Source: Octopus bimaculoides (Eukaryota). Taken from it: a DNA stretch of 64,000 bases. The notes under the pieces are model-generated. The model was not told the DNA's origin, searched no databases, and was given only the letters and a program-made list of their open reading frames with translations. Below are positions 39,482 through 52,839 of the stretch, one piece after another. A program made the translations under genes and the position numbers. The stretch covers positions 9,651,024-9,715,023 of the forward strand of contig NC_068992.1 in the NCBI RefSeq assembly GCF_001194135.2. Reading direction: 5' to 3'. Within the stretch, counting starts at the first letter, position 1; each line of letters opens with the position of its first letter.

Positions 39482-40039
39482 CATATGTATGCTTGCATAT
39501 GTATGTACGTGTGTATGTATGTACGTATACATATAAGCCATAAAACCGGAATCGGATCATTATTATTATTAGAAGCAGAACTAGACGCAAACGTATAAGC
39601 GAAATTAGTACAAAAACACTAGCTATCTCAGTAATTAGCTACAGTTTCTATATAATAAATTGGAAATTAAGTGAGCTCAAAGAGTTAGAGGAGGAAAACA
39701 AGGAAACCTATGATTAATTAGATGACACGAAAAATGTAATATTTTCTATACATAGAGCAGTAATTAGATACAGTATAGAGGTTGGAAATGTATTGGTAAA
39801 TGAGGATAAGGACATTACAGCAAATGGAAAAGAAAAAACAGAAATGAAACATATACATAATAGTATGGAGTGTAAAACAAAGACACGGATATGTGAATTG
39901 AAGAAAACTTACTCCATCCCGACTTTTAGGTCAGTAACAGGGGAACTGAAGTAAATTAGAAAAGGCCAGATGTAACTATCTATACTGTATTCATCTGAAA
40001 GCTGAGGCAAAAATATTTCAATAACATATTTTCCTTCAT

Positions 40040-40219
40040 ACAACTCGAACTTTTTAAGCCAAAATTTCCAATCAAAAAATGTAGGTCGACTTATATACCA
40101 AGATGAATTTGGAGGACCCAAAATTCCATCTGAAATGCAGCAGGATATGGAAAGTTAGTGAAGATGCTTGAATATTTACACTATATTTCGTGTCGACTTG
40201 TATGCCAGAAAATACGGTA
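40040..40219 (+). mobile_element. pogo/Tc2-like DNA transposon terminal fragment
   Basis: Ends GTCGACTTGTATGCCAGAAAATACGG-TA (reverse complement TA-CCGTATTTTC); subterminal GTCGACTT repeated at about 40085. Confidence 0.5.
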
Positions 40220-40251
40220 ATTGCTGCACAAAAACGGAACTTACTCATAAG

Positions 40252-40304
<53 letters not shown>

Positions 40305-40308
<4 letters not shown>

Positions 40309-40944
40309 CTGAATAAAGTTAAAGCACGATCTGGTTTTCGCGCTTTTTAAAAGCAGAAATTTGATCTACTGCATTAAATGCCCAAATTGCGAGGAATTAT
40401 ATATAAGTGAGACAAGGAATGCATTATCAGAACGCTCACTAGTCCACAGGCAACAAATCCGGAACGCCAATGTTCACCAAATTCCATTGAGCGAACATGT
40501 AAAGACTGTGGTCAGAAAATATTTCTAATTTTTCCTTTCCACAGACTACATGACAAGATAAAAAAAGAAAGATAAAAGAAAAACAGTTTATTAAAATGTT
40601 CAAACCTGTTCTGAACGGAAATAACAGCAATAATATAACAACCAGTTATTGATGTGGATTAAAAAATATGTCTCGCATATAAATATAAACAAATTACAGA
40701 ATATCGGTAGGCTTGGCAAAATATGATGTTTAAGTTGCATGCGGATTGGTCAAAACCGTATTCTAAAAACTCAGCTTGCTGGAGTGTTCTACGAGGTACT
40801 ACAGTTGTTAAGAACTCAACTGATGATTACTCTATTATCAAACGCTAATTTTACTTTATGAGCATTACAAAATATTCTTTTAATGTTGAAATACCATAAT
40901 AAAAAACGTGAAAACCAGACCATGTTTTCACTTTATTTAACTGA
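40305..40944. mobile_element. Non-autonomous Tc1/mariner-type element (MITE-like), 640 bp
   Basis: 43-bp imperfect TIRs at 40305-40347 and 40902-40944 (about 8 mismatches), TA on both flanks. Confidence 0.72.
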
Positions 40945-41085
40945 TATATTATTCTATACCCATTCACACAAATTCGGGAAAAAAACATACAAACACACAC
41001 ACACACACGTGTGTGTGTGTGTGTGTTTGTATATGTATATCTATATGTATGTATGTGTGTATGTATATGTGTGTGTGTGTATATA

Positions 41086-41134
<49 letters not shown>

Positions 41135-42018
41135 GCGAGTAAGCATATAAATGTACAACACGGTGAAAGAAAGGAGTACTCGAATACAAGTGTTTCTGAA
41201 GTTATCTTTAATCTTATTTTTCGCATAGTGTATCTAGGACTTTGTAATCCAATCTGTCTTTTGTTTTAAGATAAATGTGGTGTGTTTTTAGTGAAATTCG
41301 GTTACTATATTTAGCAAATGAGGTGAGTGCAATGAAAGGAGACCACCCTCGCTGGTTGTTAGAGGTTTCTACCTGAATATATTTTATTAGTGAATTCACA
41401 AGCATTAGAAACGTTGAACTGAAAAAAAAAATTAACACTGAACGATGAAAGAATAAAATTTACTCGTTGAAATTCAGTCGCCGAAAAGATGATAATTTGT
41501 GCTGTACAGAGAATAATTATCGAAGAGTGTTAGACTATATTACACATAACTTTCATCATTCAACAACATCGACTGACTGAATTGGATACAACATCGGTGA
41601 GTTCAAAAGTTTAGAGACGAGAAACACGACGAACAGCTTTGGCAGATTACAAAAGAAAATGAAGGTGTTTCTTTAGGCGAGCAAGGACCACCAAAAGACT
41701 TGATGTGTGAAGATGAAAAGACGAAATACCCAGATTCTAAGAAAGTTTTAGATTTCATCTGACGCTTAAGAAGCTTATGCCCTCTCTTTCTTCCTTTCTT
41801 GCTTTCTCTTTTCCTTCCTTTTTCGCTTTCTTTCTTTTTTTCTTTCTTAAATATCTTCACTTGGTTTTCACTCGCTGTGTAACTTTCATAAGATATCTTG
41901 CTGTTACGTATCTTGACACTCTCTTTGATTAAGTATATATCAATAATGACGCGAGTCTGGCAATCAATCAAAATCGAATGGGTCTTAAATTTTCATGCGA
42001 AAATCCGATACTGAATAA

Positions 42019-42057
<39 letters not shown>

Positions 42058-42152
42058 GAGCGATGTTAGATAGATAGGTAGACAAACAGAGACAAAAGAC
42101 AGACTGACATACAACCAGACTGACAGACTAAAAGATAGACAAACAGACAAAC

Positions 42153-42208
<56 letters not shown>

Positions 42209-42209
42209 T

Positions 42210-42286
<77 letters not shown>

Positions 42287-42931
42287 GCATGTAAGTTGTA
42301 ATAACAATCATGAACGTAGCACTTCCAGTTGCAAGAAATAAAACAGCTGAAAAATATCAAAATTGTACCAAATCTTTCAGATAGGTGGGTGAGGCAGGGC
42401 CAGAGAAAAGTGAATTGATATTTGGCAAGCACAGAGTCAAACTTTATACACATTCGTACGAAGTATNNNNNNNNNNNNNNNNNNNNNNNNNNNNNNNNNN
42501 NNNNNNNNNNNNNNNNNNNNNNNNNNNNNNNNNNNNNNNNNNNNNNNNNNNNNNNNNNNNNNNNNNNNNNNNNNNNNNNNNNNNNNNNNNNNNNNNNNNN
42601 NNNNNNNNNNNNNNNNNNNNNNNNNNNNNNNNNNNNNNNNNNNNNNNNNNNNNNNNNNNNNNNNNNNNNNNNNNNNNNNNNNNNNNNNNNNNNNNNNNNN
42701 NNNNNNNNNNNNNNNNNNNNNNNNNNNNNNNNNNNNNNNNNNNNNNNNNNNNNNNNNNNNNNNNNNNNNNNNNNNNNNNNNNNNNNNNNNNNNNNNNNNN
42801 NNNNNNNNNNNNNNNNNNNNNNNNNNNNNNNNNNNNNNNNNNNNNNNNNNNNNNNNNNNNNNNNNNNNNNNNNNNNNNNNNNNNNNNNNNNNNNNNNNNN
42901 NNNNNNNTGTGTGTGTGTGTGTGTGTGTATA

Positions 42932-43168
42932 CAGGGGTTCGACAAAATAATGGAATCAGCTAGCATCATAGCATCATAATTTTGAAATATCTATAAAACC
43001 ATCAAATGCTTGTTTATTTTTATGTTTTGATGTTTATTATTAGTATTGCTTAATATGTTTGGCTAAAATTGCTGTTTCCTTTCAGATATCATAAGAAAAA
43101 GGTAATTAAAATAACAAATCTATCGGACTTTCAAAGAGGTCAAATTGTTGGTGCTCGTATGGCAGGAG
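42932..43168 (+). mobile_element. Tc1-like element 5' fragment
   Basis: TA-CAGGGGTTCGACAAAATAATGGAA TIR-like end; frame LSDFQRGQIVGARMAG typical of Tc1 N-termini. Confidence 0.7.
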
Positions 43169-44156
43169 GATGAGGAAGTATTTCATAGACGCAGGAGTGT
43201 GCTTTCATCTGGACAACATGCGCATTGTGAACTGGGGCGTTGTCTTGGAAGAGGTGGGCTCCTTTGGTCAGCATGCCACGCTTCTCTGCTTTGATGGCGT
43301 CCCGCAATTTCTGCAGCAGAGAAGCATAATATGCCTTGTTAACTGTAGTGCCCTTCGCCGGAAAATTCATTATCACTACACCGCGCTGGTCCCAAAAGAT
43401 TGTGAGCATCACCTTGACTGCTGAGAGTTGGACACGAACCTTCTTTGGAGGTGGTGAGTTATCATGCTTCCAGTGCTTCGACTGGACTTTAGTTTCAGGA
43501 TCACAGTGCTGAACCTATGTTTCATCCTGTGTGATAAGTCTGCTGAAAAAGTCCTCCTCGTTTTTTTTTTTGGTACATTGCCAAAGAGCCTAGGAGCAAT
43601 TGACTCGTTCCTGCTTCTGTAAAGGTGTGAGCATCCGGGGAATCTATTGTGCAGACAACTTCCGCGCATGTGCAAATGATCGTGAATTATTTTTTTTCAT
43701 GGACTCTACACTTATCTTCACTTCTTGGACTAGTTGCTGAATAGTTATGCCGCGATCCTCCAAAATGGCGGTTTCCACTTTATGGATGGTCATCAATGGA
43801 GGAATGTGGTCGTCCAGGAATAGGAGCAGTTTCCACCGATGTCCGGCCACATTTGAACTGGCGATGCCCGTGCTTGACTACATTGTATGATGGTGCATCA
43901 TCACCATAAACTTCTTTCATCTCATCGAAAGTCCCTTTCTGTGCACAACCTTTCAAGTATTTCTGATCTACATTCAACTGCCTCCATTATAGCACGTTAG
44001 TCCACTTCAGCAACCGTAAAAGACAAACGAACAATAGTGGAATAACTGCAATTTACAATGTCACAAGTAGAGACATATGTGATTATACCTGTACAAGTTC
44101 CGTTTCCAGCGATAACCGGAAGCGGGTCAGAGGGGTCCTTTAATGAACACCACTTG
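43164..44156 (-). mobile_element. Mariner transposon, decayed and 3'-truncated
   Basis: EVYGDDAPSY, GRP, *IPRMLT (WVP motif), QDETWV, VMLTIFWDQRGV, FQDNAPVH, ILPHP, lost before YSPDLAPSD; TIR-like end plus TA at 44156-44158. Confidence 0.9.
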
Positions 44157-44509
44157 TATGTAGAATGGAATCTAAATATTTTTGCTAATTATTCCTATCT
44201 TTGTTTTAGCTGGATTAATTTATCTGCATTTAAGATTTCTGATAAAATTAGATTTGTGGTCTTCACAGTCACGGGAAGTTCTAAGTAACAGTTTGTAAAG
44301 TGTGTTTTCGGTTTTAATGTGTGTTTGTGTGTTTGTGTGTGCGTGTGTGTGCGTGTGTGCGCGTGTGTGAGTGTGCTTGTATGCATACATGCATACATAT
44401 ATGTGTGTGTGTGTGTGTGTATGCATATATACTATATATATATATTTACATACACAACATACATATATATATATGTATGTATGTATGTATGTATATATAT
44501 CTCTCTCTT

Positions 44510-44580
<71 letters not shown>

Positions 44581-45609
44581 GGTTAGTTATGTATGCGTAA
44601 ATGTATATATTGCATCAATACGAAACCCCACACATCTTTACGCGTGTCTATTCATTGTATGTATTACACACACTTACGTGTTTTGCTGTTCTGTTTCGTT
44701 TTCTTTTATTTCTATTCAATTCACTATATACGGCTTCAGTAGTTTTACACCGAACTTTCTAATGATTCTTTCATTCTACTAAAACATCAATCTATCAATA
44801 CAAATCGTTATTTTATTTCCTCCTATTTCGTTTCTGAAGGATTCTTATCCTCTCATATTTTTTATATTTTATTTTATGTTATTATTTCCTTCAAATTTTC
44901 TTATCAAAACGTACTTGTACTTCGCCATATTTTCAAAGAACCTTATTCTAAATTGATGTTTTATCTACATTTACTGATGAAGAATTCTATTTAAACTAGA
45001 AGTTACATATGTCCCTGTTTCCAAAAGGTTTTTCTTCCAATCACTCCAATACGTTCGACATACAACTATTTGATTTGATCATTCAACGAGGTTTCCATTT
45101 TGTCAACTAAACGTAAACCGGAAACACAACTATTCAGCCTGACTGTATTTCCGACTTATGATTTTTTTTTCTTTAAATTGCGTTGCATGTTACGTAGCAG
45201 TGTGTGTGTTCAAGGTGTATTTTTGCTGCTGCAAATCCGTGGCTAACCAAGCTGAAGAACTACTTGTAAAGCCCAATGTGATGATTAGACTCAGTAATTT
45301 AAATCAATTATTACCGAATCAGCTTTAATTAACCAATCTTGAACTGAAGCTTTATATGCAATCAATACAAGATTAATATAGTTAACTTCTTAAAGTAATG
45401 GTCAGAAAATTAAGATTAATCTCATTGTTTATTTCTCTTTCATTAATTAAAAGGCCACAGCTTAATCTGCCATATTTAATGGATAAAGATGTGAGAGCTT
45501 AGAAACATTGATACAAAAGCTAATCCTTTCAGAACTGTCCGCTTCCAAATCGGTTAAGTGATTCTCAAGCCTTGCGCTGCGATATAGTGGTGCGTTGCAA
45601 GGGATATAT

Positions 45610-45648
<39 letters not shown>

Positions 45649-45824
45649 NNNNNNNNNNNNNNNNNNNNNNNNNNNNNNNNNNNNNNNNNNNNNNNNNNNN
45701 NNNNNNNNNNNNNNNNNNNNNNNNNNNNNNNNNNNNNNNNNNNNNNNNNNNNNNNNTATATATGTTCGAAGCTGAATTTTAAAACATATAACTGAAAGCT
45801 TTCGAAAATCCATATAAACGTTTG

Positions 45825-46025
45825 TGAAGGAACGTGGCCAAGTGGTTGTGCGCAAGATCGATGTTTCGATTTTCCCGGAGAGGGCGTTGTGTTGTGTTCT
45901 GGAGCAAAAACACTTCGTTTCCCGTTGCTACAGCCCACCCAGCGGTAAATGAATGACCCTGCAACGATTTCGGTCGCCTATACGCAATGGAAACCGGCCG
46001 ACTGGCTTCATGAGTCTGGTGACTC
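45825..46025 (+). mobile_element. Degenerate tRNA-derived SINE related to family C, with a different 3' part
   Basis: GAAGGAACGTGGCCAAGTGG head; GTTCTGGAGCAAAAACACTT...TTGCTACAGCCCACCCAGC centre. Confidence 0.55.
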
Positions 46026-47439
46026 GAGACAGTAATGTCCCTGTTCGTACTAATCATTGAGCATTTATCTTATTCAGAATTTTGTTATAGACAAGTGTCG
46101 TCGATCATTTTAGGTATCATGCTTTCACTAATTATTTAAGGTGCCTATGTAATCATAAGTAGATATACATACCTGAAACAAAGACATTCTGCCTCTAACT
46201 CACCGACACACTTTTTCTTCTCTCTGCCAATTGCACCTCTACTACAACCGCCTTTCCTCGTCTCAACTAGCCACCTTCCATATTTTTTCCATCCAAATTC
46301 ACACTATATATCCGTCTCTCCACCCTTCGTCACCCCTACTATGTTTCAACTCTCAGAACTCGCAATAAACAGTTTGTACAATTCACTCTTCTTAGAGATG
46401 GGATCCACAGAAATTTTTCTTTGACAATTTTCTGTTTTTCTATATAGAATACGTCGAAGGAGCACGTTTTAACTTTTCGCTAAAATAACCATGCGAAACC
46501 CCTTGTGATTTTACTGACTGAATTATCCGCTAAAATCATCAATTATTCTTCAGCATACAGAGAGAAACAGTACAAGCTTAAACGCAGCAGTTTGCTTATT
46601 GAATGAATAAAAGGTGCAGTACCGTTTGATTATTACGTCAATCAGGGCGATAATAAATCGTTCAACGAAGAATATTCAATAAATTTCATTCAAAGATGCA
46701 AGCCACACTGAAAAGGAACGTTTAGAAAAAGTAGTCTTAAAACTAAATAGCATTTTCAAATAGAAACATTATTTCATTCATAGACGTTATTTCTTATAGA
46801 AGAAAACAGGAATCAAATATCAATATAGAGTATCTGTGATGTCATAAATCGATGACCCACAATTTGAAGAAAGCCAGTCCAGCCATGTAATAGGTTTCAA
46901 TTGTGACTGGGAATTGCTAGCGGACAATTGTCCATTTACTTCTCAAGTATATCAGGAAATTGGAGGAATCATGCGGCACCGACTGAATAGAATAGACCGC
47001 ATGCTACTGAGATGCAACAGAGATTCTAATGCAACAAATGCAACATTTAATAATTCTCATAAACTAGCTCTGGAGATAAATCTGATTTCAAAGACAAATA
47101 TCTTTATCATATTGAGATGCCGAATAATTGTTCGCACTTAATTCCAGGAGAGCTTTCTACTTCGGAAACACAAAAATAATTTTATTAATACCTTTTCTTT
47201 TTTCTTTCTTCTTTTTACTTTTCCAGTTCAATCGCCGTGATATCAATCAAAGCAGAGTGAATATGTTTAAAATCTACACTATTTATTCTCCATATACTCG
47301 ATAATACATTAATTCCTGCTGTTATCTGTAAAAGTCCAGCAACAATAGCACTGAAGTAAAGTCTACATAAAATTAATTCTATGAGTCGATTTCGATCGCC
47401 AACTCTGGCTAAATCACTATTTTATTAACGTTTAATTAG

Positions 47440-47700
47440 AGGAGGGAGCACAGCCCACATAACTCTTCTTAGGGCCTTCGAAACTGGTGAGTGGAATGAG
47501 CAAAGTTATCTACAGAATGAAGACCTGGCCCAAGTGCTTGTAACAGAGTAGACTCGACTAAAAGTAAACAAGATCCAGATGGTTGGATTAAACAGGGCCA
47601 TCCGTGAAGTAAGTCATAGAAACGCAATTGTGACATACAGCATTTCTCTCCAAGTCAGAGCACAGCAATTTCTTTCAGAAAGAAAAACGAAACAGAAATA
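47440..47700 (-). mobile_element. Possible decayed LINE (CR1/L2-like) endonuclease fragment
   Basis: Only a short NHLDLV motif and a GC-richer composition. Confidence 0.3.
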
Positions 47701-48381
47701 GACTGAAGGGCTTTGAGAAAGAGTCAACACCAGTATAGAACGATGTCAAAGTGTATGTGCCTGATATGCAGACGTGTGTTTGTGTGTACACAAACATACT
47801 TATCTTAATATGCATAAGAAATACCCATGGGAATTCTACAATAATTTTGAAAGCTATGAGATTGTGGAAGTTTATAGAGAATCATGAAATGCACAATTTT
47901 TTTGGAAAGTATGTTTTTTGTAACAATTTATTGCTAGAATAGTGTCAATTGCGCATAGCAGTTTTAAGAGAGAACATCTTTAAAAACTATCTGTTTTATT
48001 ATAAACTTGTCACCTCGTTTCTCTTGAGAGTGTTTATCAATTATTTTCATCTTTACATCATGAAGAGAACGCACTCTAGAAATAGTTACATACAATAATG
48101 TGTGAGAAAATACTGATCCACAAAGAAATAATGCAGCTTCCTCAAATGTTAGTCCTGGGATTTTATTTTTACGGAAAATGCTAAACGTATCGGACTCAGA
48201 TATTTCCTAAAAACAAAAGCTAAAAATTGGTAGCATCACCTGGAAAGTGTATCATTCATGCATTAAAAACCTTTGATTCTAATATTGAATAATAAATCAA
48301 GTCTGCTTCTCGGTGGATATCGAGTAAGCTAGAAATAAAATACATAATCTATCGATAATGATATTTCCATTTTCCTGTTTG

Positions 48382-48423
<42 letters not shown>

Positions 48424-48657
48424 GTACATACATACATACATATATATNNNNNNNNNNNNNNNNNNNNNNNNNNNNNNNNNNNNNNNNNNNNNNNNNNNNN
48501 NNNNNNNNNNNNNNNNNNNNNNNNNNNNNNNNNNNNNNNNNNNNNNNNNNNNNNNNNNNNNNNNNNNNNNNNNNNNNNNNNNNNNNNNNNNNNNNNNNNN
48601 NNNNNNNNNNNNNNNNNNNNNNNNNNNNNNNNNNNNNNNNNNNNNNNNNNNNATATG

Positions 48658-49538
48658 CAAGGTGTTCAGGGTAGATTTGACAATTTTTGTCTCCTTTTCT
48701 TTTCAGAAACAGCTTGATGTATTAGAGAAGAGCCGATGGTGTGAGAAAGCATAAAGATTAAAGTTCTAGTTGAGAAAAAGTTAGCTGACATGGAGGACTG
48801 GAAGCCATCTGAATATTGGAAAAGAGTTACTTGTTTCATGAGGATTCGTGTCAAAATGCCAATATCACGACTGCTGCTCAAAGCTCTGTGAACACTAAAG
48901 GATGTAAGACAGGCTATGGACAGTTGCAACAAAGACTATGAAGCCGTGGTCAGCAGCAAGGGCCGCAGCAGGCGTTCCAACTGCGTCTGCACAGTGGAAT
49001 TCATTTAACACCTGATGAACAGGTCTTTAGGCTCAATTCAGACGGTTATGTGAAACTGCTGGAGACTGTGCTCAATCCAGGGTTGCTACTAGAGGTTCAT
49101 TTGTGTAACGAGATTCGGCTCCTTAGCACGCCTCTGTAGTCAGGAGTAGTTGTCGGTGAATTTTTACGATTTCACCAACCCCCAATGTTTGGCCTTCTAA
49201 TTCCCTCAATTGTAATCTCGTGGATTACTATGTGTAGGTCACAATTAACAAAGACACTAACCGCCCTGCCTGCAACACCAAGGCCGAGCTAGTGGTCAAG
49301 GTCAAGGAGGTGTTTGAAGATCTTCCCAGGGACACGGTGAGGAACGCACACACCTAGTTCCAAAGCTGTCTTGAGGCCGTGGTGGAAGATGACGGCAGCT
49401 ACTTTGAGTAAACCGTTACCCCTAACCATAACCTAGTTACCTAGTTGGTAGTTTTTGATTTTTTTTTAATACTTTTATTTTTAGATGGGATATTGTGTTT
49501 TCTTTCTTCATGCTGTCAAATTTAGTCAGAGCACTCTG
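48658..49538 (+). mobile_element. Internally deleted maT/DD37D-like Tc1/mariner element
   Basis: 24-bp imperfect TIRs (17/24) at 48658-48681 and 49515-49538 with TA at 49539; remnants KGRSRRSNCVCTVEF, WPSNSLNCNLVDYYV and LEAVVEDDGSYFE*. Confidence 0.72.
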
Positions 49539-49567
49539 TACACACACATGCGCACACGCACATATGC

Positions 49568-49608
<41 letters not shown>

Positions 49609-49618
49609 NNNNNNNNNN

Positions 49619-49653
<35 letters not shown>

Positions 49654-50236
49654 TACACACATATTTACATAAATATATGTATATATATATAAATACATAT
49701 GTATATATACATATATATACACATACATATACATATGCATTCATATATTATATTTATTTTCCAGTCAGTTGTGTTATGAATTATATAATATAAATAATAT
49801 AAATCTATAAATCTGATGTCTACAATAGATTATGTCCAAATTTCATTCCATTATTCCATTGTTTAACAGCCAATTATCATACAACCAATACAAATGTTGT
49901 GTATATGAAAGACTTTGTATTCAATATCATTCCATGGTGAAGATGGTATTTCTTTAAACTGTTACATAGGCCACTGCAAAACAGCATAAGATGGGGATAT
50001 TTGTTCAAGCAGTTGGTTTAAAAAACAAAACAAAACAAAAAACATGATTCTGTAAACAAATTAACTATTACTTATAAGCTTGAATGCATTTACGTGTTAA
50101 ATACATTTTATAAATAAACACATTTTTTTAAATGTAATACTTTTTATTATTATTTTATTGGTTTCAGCCAGTGGGCTGTATAACCATGCTGGCTTACTAC
50201 TGTTGTATATAAAAACAATACACACAACCACGTGCA

Positions 50237-50277
<41 letters not shown>

Positions 50278-51138
50278 AAGTTACTAGATGTTACATATCT
50301 ATAGCCAATATACTGTCTAAAAACACACAAGTCCACAAAAAATAGGCACTTGAATATTGGTCGATGAAATGGGTATATTATTATTAATAATAAAACACAA
50401 TACAATATCCTCATATCTGCCATTTTACCAATTGGTTTCAAACCTAGATTTGAGAAAAATCCCGACAATCATCAGAAAATGGTTGGAAGATATGGTAATG
50501 CATGGGCTCAGCTTCTACTGATGATTACTGGGATTTTTCTTAACTCCTGGTATGGAACTAATTGATAAATTGGTTGTCAGAATATTCAATTGTATTATAA
50601 ATAATATAGCAATACATATATACACACACCTTGTGAGTAAGGTACTGGAATCTTATATGTATACTATTCTGCCTAAATAATGGATCTACAAATACAATAT
50701 CCCTGCATATCTCACATCTATTGTCATTCCTCCACTTCACTCTCTATTTTGTATCTTATCTAAATAAACTATTGCTTAACCATCTTTTCACACCGTCTCC
50801 AATGAAGGGATATAATAAATATCCTGGAAACAGCTGTAAGACCTTCTATTTATAAATGTTCTAAAATCTTCACAGCCTTGGTTTTTGATCTCATTCTGAA
50901 AAAGAATTCTTATAAAAGATTTTATCCTATTATTGAATTAATTAAATATATAACCAGAATATATTCAGTGCTGAATTTTATTCTGGTATAAACATGTGTT
51001 ACCGAGGTGTAATTAAAAAAAAGCCCGCTTTTTACATAGATATATAGAGATAAACAATCTTCTATTTACTATGCTGGGTACACGGGGTGTTCATTTTGGT
51101 ATGTTGAATCTTTTGTTTATTTTTATATATTTTGACCA

Positions 51139-51197
51139 TATACTGATGATCGAAAGTTACATATTGTTGTAATAATCGTGAAATCGTTCGATATATA
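51139..51197 (+). ncRNA. Type I hammerhead-like motif with long imperfect stem II
   Basis: TATA-CTGATGA-[T CGA..TTACA TATTGT TGTAA..TCG T]-GAA-ATCGttCGAT-A-TATA. Confidence 0.5.
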
Positions 51198-51440
51198 GTT
51201 AAGTCTGTTTTTGAGAAGCCGGTTTTTGAGAGTTGCATTTCCTTGCATTCAGTAAAAATGTGTTTATTATGGTAGTTTTAGCGTGAGGCATTCTTCTATA
51301 TTAATGCATGTATATAAATATAAATAAATATATTCTAGCGGAATAAATGATGGATTTTTTCCTTTATGAGTTTTTTCACGCTAACTACTTGATAAAATTC
51401 TTATAAAAGATTTTATCCTATTATTGAATTAATTATATAA

Positions 51441-51473
<33 letters not shown>

Positions 51474-51990
51474 TTAAAGACAAGCTACTATTGCATTTGT
51501 TAAATAATTAAATATATTTTATCATACTTTGATAGTTTTATTATATCTTAATTCTAATTTCTGTCTAATTCATATAATTGATAGTGGGATGTTGAGTTCA
51601 AAATATTCGAATGATTCACAAGTCTAAATCCATTTCAAAATATTTCATTGTGTTTTTGAGGAAAAAGACATCATTCCTCATCGTCTGCCTTCTCTAACTT
51701 TTGGAGATAGGTACCGAAGCATCTGAAAATATTACTTGGCATTCTACATTTTAATTCTAATTTATTCCACACAATGCAATCAGAGTTGAGCACCAACTTA
51801 CAAAGATCTACATCATGTCTTTGTAGCCATATAACATTAAAAAATAACCTGTCATCAAATCTGATTTTTTTCTCGATGTTTGGATTGTTATGACAACAAA
51901 AAGAATTTTTTGCTGGCACCAAAAGTCCACGCTTGCATTTATAAAATAAAAAGCTAAAAAGCAAACAGAAAATAGTTTTGAAGTCACTGT

Positions 51991-52839
51991 TTAAAGGAAT
52001 AACAGATAGTTTTTTATGGTTAATGGAACTGGTAAGTTGCTTACTCTATTCTGTAAATAAACCCCTTGCATACATTTCCGTATGACAATCCGACAATAAG
52101 AGTCTAGAGATCGTGGTGTTTGCAACCAAGTAAGAATGGTTTTAATGGTAGAATTTGAAGCAATACTGTTTGCCATAGATTGATGTCTCTGAAAATCTGA
52201 GAGCCATTCCTCGTTATCTATATTGTAACCACTCTCCAGAAGAAGTTTGCAGTTTTCTTGGTCTTTAATATGTACCAAATTAGCTAACGGTGTTCCTTGA
52301 CCAAAAATAACATGGTTGTTAGAATTACAACCACTCTTTATGAGGGTAGAAATAACTTCTGAATGTCCATAGAAGGTTGCATAATGAATAGCTGAAGCTC
52401 GCAGCCTGTCCACTGCACAAGGATTTGCTCCATTCTTGAGCAAACTAGTAACAATATTCTGACAGCCAACCATTGAAGCAGTTATAATTGGTGTAACATT
52501 GTCCCGGTCAACACAATTCACATCAGCTTTGTTTTTTATCAGGTATAAGGTAACTTTTTCCTGGCGACCAATACATGCCCAGTGAAGTGGTGTCCGGCCA
52601 TAGCAGGGATCCTTGTGGTTGATATAAGCACCGGCCTTCAGAAGATAATCAACGATATCCAGGTTACCAGCATAACAAGCTCCTGCTAGAATTGTAGTGT
52701 TCTCTTGCTTGTCAGGGTTGTGGACAACCGAATTGACACTCATTCCACTGCTGATCAGTTGCTGTACAGTATGTAGATCATTACTGGATATTGCCTGAGA
52801 CATTTGACCATCCCGGTCAAAGTTCACAGTGAATGCCAT
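51991..52839 (-). CDS. Ankyrin repeat and SOCS box protein (ASB family), 282 aa from the Met at 52839, single coding exon
   Basis: Open ORF with 5-6 ankyrin repeats (e.g. GRTPLHWACIGRQEKVTLYLIKNKADVN, NVTPIITASMVGCQNIVTSLLKNGANP) and a C-terminal SOCS box (PRSLDSYCRIVIRKC BC-box; LPVP Cul5-box; KNYLLFL*). The track ORF start at 52929 is probably intronic: a polypyrimidine tract plus CAG acceptor lies at 52859-52880, so the exon begins at 52858. Paralogue identity cannot be assigned by eye. Confidence 0.92.
   Translation of the reverse strand: MAFTVNFDRDGQMSQAISSNDLHTVQQLISSGMSVNSVVHNPDKQENTTILAGACYAGNLDIVDYLLKAGAYINHKDPCYGRTPLHWACIGRQEKVTLYLIKNKADVNCVDRDNVTPIITASMVGCQNIVTSLLKNGANPCAVDRLRASAIHYATFYGHSEVISTLIKSGCNSNNHVIFGQGTPLANLVHIKDQENCKLLLESGYNIDNEEWLSDFQRHQSMANSIASNSTIKTILTWLQTPRSLDSYCRIVIRKCMQGVYLQNRVSNLPVPLTIKNYLLFL

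Noticed and set aside
44970-45015. CTGATGA-A-GAATTC in a PLE-like pyrimidine-rich context
   Set aside because: No GAAA half-core; too decayed to call
50515-50560. CTGATGA with possible stem II followed by GGAA
   Set aside because: Core mismatch and no stem I or III
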